A stretch of 22,669 bases of DNA from Archangium sp. (GTDB lineage: Bacteria > Myxococcota > Myxococcia > Myxococcales > Myxococcaceae): NCBI GenBank assembly GCA_031367385.1, contig JANLPS010000451.1:1-22669 (forward strand), read 5' to 3'. The notes beneath the pieces are model-generated. The model did not search any database. It was not told the DNA's origin and saw only the letters and a program-made list of their open reading frames with translations. Positions 17,938 through 22,669 of the stretch are shown here, in pieces; within the stretch, counting starts at the first letter, position 1, and each line of letters begins with the position of its first letter. Position numbers and translations under genes: made by a program.

Positions 17938-18936
17938 ATGGGTATTGCGTCAATCAACAGTACGTCGATTCTGGATCTCACCACGTCGGTCGCTGAACCC
18001 TTCGAGGTCGATGCTGCCCTCCCCGCAACCCCTGAGTACGCACCGCAGACCTCGAGCTACTCCGGCCCGACCGGCTCGGTGACCCAGGGCGATGCGACCT
18101 ACGCCGTGACCAATGGCGAGGTGTGGTTCAACGGCAAAGCCATCGGCTCGGTCAACGATGCGGGTGATTACTCGGTCGTGCTCAACGGCCAAAAGCTCAC
18201 CGGCAACGTCGGCAACCTCATCGGCGCGGCCATCGAAGGCACCACCAGCACGGGCGTCAAGGTCGACCTGCACCCAACGGCTCCGACCGCGCCGACCGCC
18301 CCAGGCGAGAGCGCGATACCTGGCATCACCGACGACCAGATTCGGGCTTTCTACGCCACCAACCCGAGCCAAGACGCCATCGACGCCATGGCCCGAAAGC
18401 TCGGGCTGAACAACACGCAGATCATGCGCGCGACGGAGATCGGTACCGGCATCGATTTCAAGACAGCGCCCGCCTGGCAGGTCTTGGGGGCGTATGAGCA
18501 GGCGAACCACGTGACCGGCACGTACTCCCGCCAAACCTACGACGGGCGAGGCGAGCGCCAGGCGTCTTTCTATGCGCCCAAGCTGGGGCGCGAAGTCACC
18601 CCTGAAGAGATCGCCGCCTTTTACGCGAAGCGCCCCACCCGATCGCAGGTCTTGGCGAAAGCCGCAGAGCTCGGCATAAGCGCCGTCGCGATCCCAGACA
18701 TTTCGGCGTTCGGCCCTGGCAGTGATTCCAAGGCGAATGCCGCTCAGCAGATGAGCCTGGGCTTGTCGCTGAACAGGGGCACCGATGGGTACGCGTCGAA
18801 CAGCGCCGGGCAGGTGGTGTCGGTCAAAGACCCCGACGCGATGTACTCGAGCGACCCGCTGCACACCGGGCTCGATCGGTATTTCAACCGGCGACCGGAG
18901 TCAGGTTCGAACGTCGGCTCGCGACCTCGGCGCTGA
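17938..18936 (+). CDS. Hypothetical protein, 332 aa, with a beta-rich N-domain, PTA linker and a duplicated helical motif
   Basis: SD ggagg 5 nt before ATG 17938; codon usage fits the genome; two copies of T..(Q/E)I.AFYA..P.......A..LG. Confidence 0.8.
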   Translation: MGIASINSTSILDLTTSVAEPFEVDAALPATPEYAPQTSSYSGPTGSVTQGDATYAVTNGEVWFNGKAIGSVNDAGDYSVVLNGQKLTGNVGNLIGAAIEGTTSTGVKVDLHPTAPTAPTAPGESAIPGITDDQIRAFYATNPSQDAIDAMARKLGLNNTQIMRATEIGTGIDFKTAPAWQVLGAYEQANHVTGTYSRQTYDGRGERQASFYAPKLGREVTPEEIAAFYAKRPTRSQVLAKAAELGISAVAIPDISAFGPGSDSKANAAQQMSLGLSLNRGTDGYASNSAGQVVSVKDPDAMYSSDPLHTGLDRYFNRRPESGSNVGSRPRR

Positions 18937-19050
18937 CGCCCCACCGCCGCCTGTAACGAGCGCGGCATCGCGGTCGGTTTCTTCGGGCCGAAGCTGTCAG
19001 CGCCCGACGCGTCACCTGCTCCCGGCACTTTCCGTCTTCGCCTGGCACCG

Positions 19051-20358
19051 CTACTGGCAAACGTGGGCGACGCAGTGCTGACCGGTGAGGCAGTCGAAGT
19101 CAGCTCGGCACATGGCTGAGGTGCCACCGTCTTCGACGCCAGCGTCGGGCGCTTCTCCGCCGTCGAGGTCGCCGCCATCGGGCTGGCCGCCGTCTTCAGG
19201 CAGGCCACCGTCGACCCAGACGCCACCGTCTTCAGGCACGCCACCGTCGGTCGAGACGCCACCGTCTCCAGATTGCCCGCCATCAAGCCCTCCGTCGGTC
19301 GGCCCGCAGACTCCGCCCTTTTCGAGCGAGCACTGAATCGGGTGACACTGGTAGTCGGTGCCGCAGAACCAGCCTTCTCCGCACTGCGCGTTGTTGATGC
19401 AGTGCGCGCCCAGACCGCCATCGCCCGCCCCCGCGTCGAGGTCGATGCCGCCGTCGAGGTCGGGAGACCCACCGTCTTGGACCGGGACGCACTGGTTGCC
19501 GATGCAAGCACTGCCCAGGCCGCATTGGCTGCTGGTGGTGCAGCTCTGCACGACGCAGACTTGATTGAGGCACACCTCGTTGCTGCTGCAGTCGTGGTTC
19601 GAGGCGCAGACCGGGGCCTTGCCTCCATCGAGCGCTCCGCCATCGACACCCTCGCCCGCTGAGCCAGCGTCGACCGGCTCGAAGGTGGCGCAGTGGTTGT
19701 TGGTGCAGACCTGGTTGGTCAGGCACTGCGAGTTGGTGACGCACACGGTGCCTTCAGATTGGCAGGCGCCACTGACGCAGGTCTGCTTGGCGCTGCACTG
19801 GCTGTTCGACGTGCAGCCGACCGCACAGCGCCCGGCATGGCAGATCTTGCCTGAAGCGCAGTTCGCGTCGGTGGTGCATTGACGGCGGGCGCCGGCTTGA
19901 AAGCGGGTGAAGCCGTTGACGCGAAAACGCACCAGCTTGTTGGCGACGTCGACCGAGATCGCCGAGGGGGCAATCTCGAAGCGCTCTCCATTCGCCTCTT
20001 GGACCTGAACGAAGATCTCGTCTTGTGACTCGGCTGAATACGGCAGCTGCATCTCTGCGGCGGTCGCGAAGACCATGCCCGCGGGGCCCCACTCGACGGT
20101 CGGGCCAGCGGCGAGGTCGGCTGAGAGCAGCGCTGAATTCGAGAGGTCGACGGTGATGGTGGTGTCTTTGTTCACCGCTCCGGCGGGCACGGCGAGGGCG
20201 GTACCGGCGAGCTGCGCGTTGTCAGTAGCGGCGATCTGAATCAGACCGCCCTTGGCGCTGACCGTCTCGGCCTTGACGAAGCGGCTCCCCAAGTTGCCGC
20301 AGGCGCTCAAACAACTCACCGCCGCGAAGACTGCACACCAGCTCATTCGACGAATCAT
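19051..20358 (-). CDS. Cys-rich lipoprotein: ZU5-like N-domain, seven C-x5-C-x5-C-x4/5-C repeats, DGG/DAG linkers, 435 aa
   Basis: SD ggag and lipobox LSAC. ZU5-like pattern GG...L.VPAGAV..TTIT..GP.G..F....LPY. Cys repeats such as CTTDANCASGKICHAGRC and CTSNSQCSAKQTCVSGAC; many DGG repeats. Confidence 0.85.
   Translation of the reverse strand: MIRRMSWCAVFAAVSCLSACGNLGSRFVKAETVSAKGGLIQIAATDNAQLAGTALAVPAGAVNKDTTITVDLSNSALLSADLAAGPTVEWGPAGMVFATAAEMQLPYSAESQDEIFVQVQEANGERFEIAPSAISVDVANKLVRFRVNGFTRFQAGARRQCTTDANCASGKICHAGRCAVGCTSNSQCSAKQTCVSGACQSEGTVCVTNSQCLTNQVCTNNHCATFEPVDAGSAGEGVDGGALDGGKAPVCASNHDCSSNEVCLNQVCVVQSCTTSSQCGLGSACIGNQCVPVQDGGSPDLDGGIDLDAGAGDGGLGAHCINNAQCGEGWFCGTDYQCHPIQCSLEKGGVCGPTDGGLDGGQSGDGGVSTDGGVPEDGGVWVDGGLPEDGGQPDGGDLDGGEAPDAGVEDGGTSAMCRADFDCLTGQHCVAHVCQ
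19120..19300 (-). repeat. Degenerate coding tandem repeat (DGG-xxx, 15-18 nt units)
   Basis: Recurrent gccaccgtc/gccgccgtc on the + strand, encoding DGGLDGGQSGDGGVSTDGGVPEDGGVWVDGGLPEDGGQPDGGDLDGG. Confidence 0.8.
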
Positions 20359-20400
20359 GAATTTTCTCCCAAGAAGGCAATGTGGTGAATCGACCGACCC

Positions 20401-20428
20401 TGAAGGTCAGGCCGCTGGGTTTCGTTCA
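20401..20428 (-). promoter_or_regulatory. Putative ECF-type promoter TGAAC-N15-GACCTTCA upstream of the Cys-rich lipoprotein
   Basis: Minus strand reads TGAACgaaacccagcggcctGACCTTCA; the same motif lies upstream of the sigma gene. Confidence 0.5.
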
Positions 20429-21226
20429 AAGCCCCTGGGCGTCTTGAAAGCGTCGAACCTCGGAGGCCCGCTCATTGTCGGGAAATTCGCGCAGAAACGC
20501 GGCCGCGGCGCTCGCGGCTTCGGCCGTACGCCCCAGGCGAGAGAGCGTCTCGAGCGCTGAGAGCGCGACCTCTGGCGCCAGTGCCCCGTGGGGGAAGCGG
20601 GCCTTCGATTCTTCGAAGACCTTCAACGCGCCTTCGAGATCTTGAGTGCGGCGCAGCCGGAGCACGCCTTGGGCGTAGAGCGCGGCCTCGGCGCTGAGCG
20701 AGGTGCCCTGTGCCGCTTCGGCGAGCCGTGCCTCTGCGGCGACCAGGTCACCCTGGGCTTCGAAGTCGCGGGCCTCCCTCAGGGCGTCGGCACGGTATTC
20801 AGCGGTCTGTGAGGCCATCACTTCTCGCACCGTACCGTCGGCCGCCGTGATCTGAACCGCACCGACCTGCACTGCGAGGCGCACGATTTCGGTCGAGGTG
20901 TCGAGCGTGAATTGTGCTCCGCGGGGCGCCTTGACGGTGATGCAGGGGCTGGCGGCGCTTTGGCAGGTGGAGATTGTTCGAGGGGCGTTGATCACCCACT
21001 TCGAGGCGCCCGCGGGCGCTTCAAGGGTCGCGGGGTGCGTGCGCCAGACGGTGACCAGGCCGACTCCGAGGGCTACCGAGGCGGTCGCGGCGATGGCCAG
21101 CGTGGCCCAGGGGGTCGCCACGCGCGGAGCCCTGACGCGCTCCCACACTCGGCCCTGGGCGCCGGGGGGTGGCGGCGCTGCTGCGGCGGCGGCAGCGGCG
21201 TCGAAGCGTGGGTCACGGTCATTCAT
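20426..21226 (-). CDS. Putative anti-sigma factor (short cytoplasmic N-terminus, TM, FecR-like beta region, TPR/BamD-like C-terminus), 266 aa
   Basis: ATGA overlap with the sigma stop. TM ATLAIAATASVALGVGLVTVW; FecR-like RGAQFTL..VRLAVQVGAVQI; TPR-like AEAALY..DLEGALKVF..RFPHGALAPE..LGRTAEA..FLREFP. Confidence 0.8.
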   Translation of the reverse strand: MNDRDPRFDAAAAAAAAPPPPGAQGRVWERVRAPRVATPWATLAIAATASVALGVGLVTVWRTHPATLEAPAGASKWVINAPRTISTCQSAASPCITVKAPRGAQFTLDTSTEIVRLAVQVGAVQITAADGTVREVMASQTAEYRADALREARDFEAQGDLVAAEARLAEAAQGTSLSAEAALYAQGVLRLRRTQDLEGALKVFEESKARFPHGALAPEVALSALETLSRLGRTAEAASAAAAFLREFPDNERASEVRRFQDAQGL

Positions 21227-21849
21227 GAGCAGACTCCTAATTGTCTGGCGACGTGATTGAACTCGGTGCGCGCGTGAAACAGACGGGTGCGCACCGTCGC
21301 GGAGGGGATGCCGAGGCGTTCGGCGATCGCATCGTGGGGGAGACCTTCGAGCTCGAACAACGCGAAGACCTCTCGCTTCTTGGCTGACATGCGCGCCAGC
21401 ACCTGCGCGACTTGTTCGAGCTCGAGCCTCGCGCCGACCTGCGCTTCGGGCGATGGCGCCGCGGCGCCCCGTTGGCTCGATGAGAACATGCCGGTGAAGA
21501 AGTCACGCACCCGGCGGCGGCGATGGCGGTTGGCGACCGCGTTCGAGATGATGCGAAAGAGCCAGGTCGAGAAGCGACCCTGGTGAAAGCGACCCAAGTG
21601 CTGGTGCGCGAGCAGAAAGCTCTCTTGCACCACGTCTTCGACCTCGCTCTCGGGCAAGCCGAGGCGGCGGGCGGTGTTCCACGCGAAACCGAAGTGGCCG
21701 TCGTAGAGGCGTTGCCAGGCGATCGCGTCGCTGGCGCGGCAGCGTTCGACCAGGAGCACATCGGCTGAAGGCTCGGCGACCGACTCGCTGGGCGAAGCTT
21801 TCGCGTCGGTGGTCAAGAGATACACGCCGTTGAAGGTCGGCTCGTGCAA
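21223..21849 (-). CDS. ECF-family RNA polymerase sigma-70 factor, ~200 aa (start uncertain: TTG 21849, GTG 21825 or TTG 21816)
   Basis: Region 2: EVEDVVQESFL..FSTWLFRIISN. Region 4: MSAKKREVFALFELEGL...IAERLGIPSATVRTRLFHAR. Confidence 0.95.
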   Translation of the reverse strand: MHEPTFNGVYLLTTDAKASPSESVAEPSADVLLVERCRASDAIAWQRLYDGHFGFAWNTARRLGLPESEVEDVVQESFLLAHQHLGRFHQGRFSTWLFRIISNAVANRHRRRRVRDFFTGMFSSSQRGAAAPSPEAQVGARLELEQVAQVLARMSAKKREVFALFELEGLPHDAIAERLGIPSATVRTRLFHARTEFNHVARQLGVCS

Positions 21850-21859
21850 GGCGTGTTCA
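21831..21859 (-). promoter_or_regulatory. Putative autoregulatory ECF promoter TGAAC-N16-GACCTTCA upstream of the sigma gene
   Basis: Minus strand reads TGAACacgccttgcacgagccGACCTTCA, 5 nt before GTG 21825; matches the motif at 20401-20428. Confidence 0.5.
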
Positions 21860-21880
21860 CTGTGGCCGAAGGCACTGAAT

Positions 21881-22669
<789 letters not shown>

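Noticed and set aside
19120..19300. Periodic repeats as a possible CRISPR array
   Set aside because: Units are short, degenerate, in-frame coding (DGG) repeats with no unique spacers, and there are no cas genes.

Overview
GC-rich, gene-dense window with strong myxobacterial (Myxococcota) signatures: a DUF2378/TIGR02265-like domain, PEGA and Kelch envelope proteins, Cys-rich DGG-repeat lipoproteins and a Pkn-type Ser/Thr kinase. It has three blocks. (1) A minus-strand pair encoding a PEGA/TPR protein and a Kelch lipoprotein (296-3333). (2) A long plus-strand run (3463-18936): HAMP histidine kinase, M16 peptidase, membrane protein, Ser/Thr kinase fused to a DUF2378-like domain, CBM9-like + GH5-like hydrolase, triple-repeat Cys lipoprotein, PAS hybrid kinase, SAM methyltransferase, GT-C-type membrane glycosyltransferase, and two signal-less proteins with internal duplications. 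(3) A minus-strand four-gene module (19051-22669): Pro-rich protein with a predicted 8-stranded outer-membrane beta-barrel, ECF sigma factor, FecR-like/TPR anti-sigma, and a ZU5-like Cys-rich lipoprotein. The best candidate for an undescribed system is this last module. It looks like a TonB-receptor-independent cell-surface signalling cassette, and the same bipartite motif (TGAAC-N15/16-GACCTTCA) sits upstream of both the sigma gene and the lipoprotein gene. I saw no rRNA, tRNA, CRISPR array or mobile element. All family assignments come from motif recognition by eye, not from database searches.
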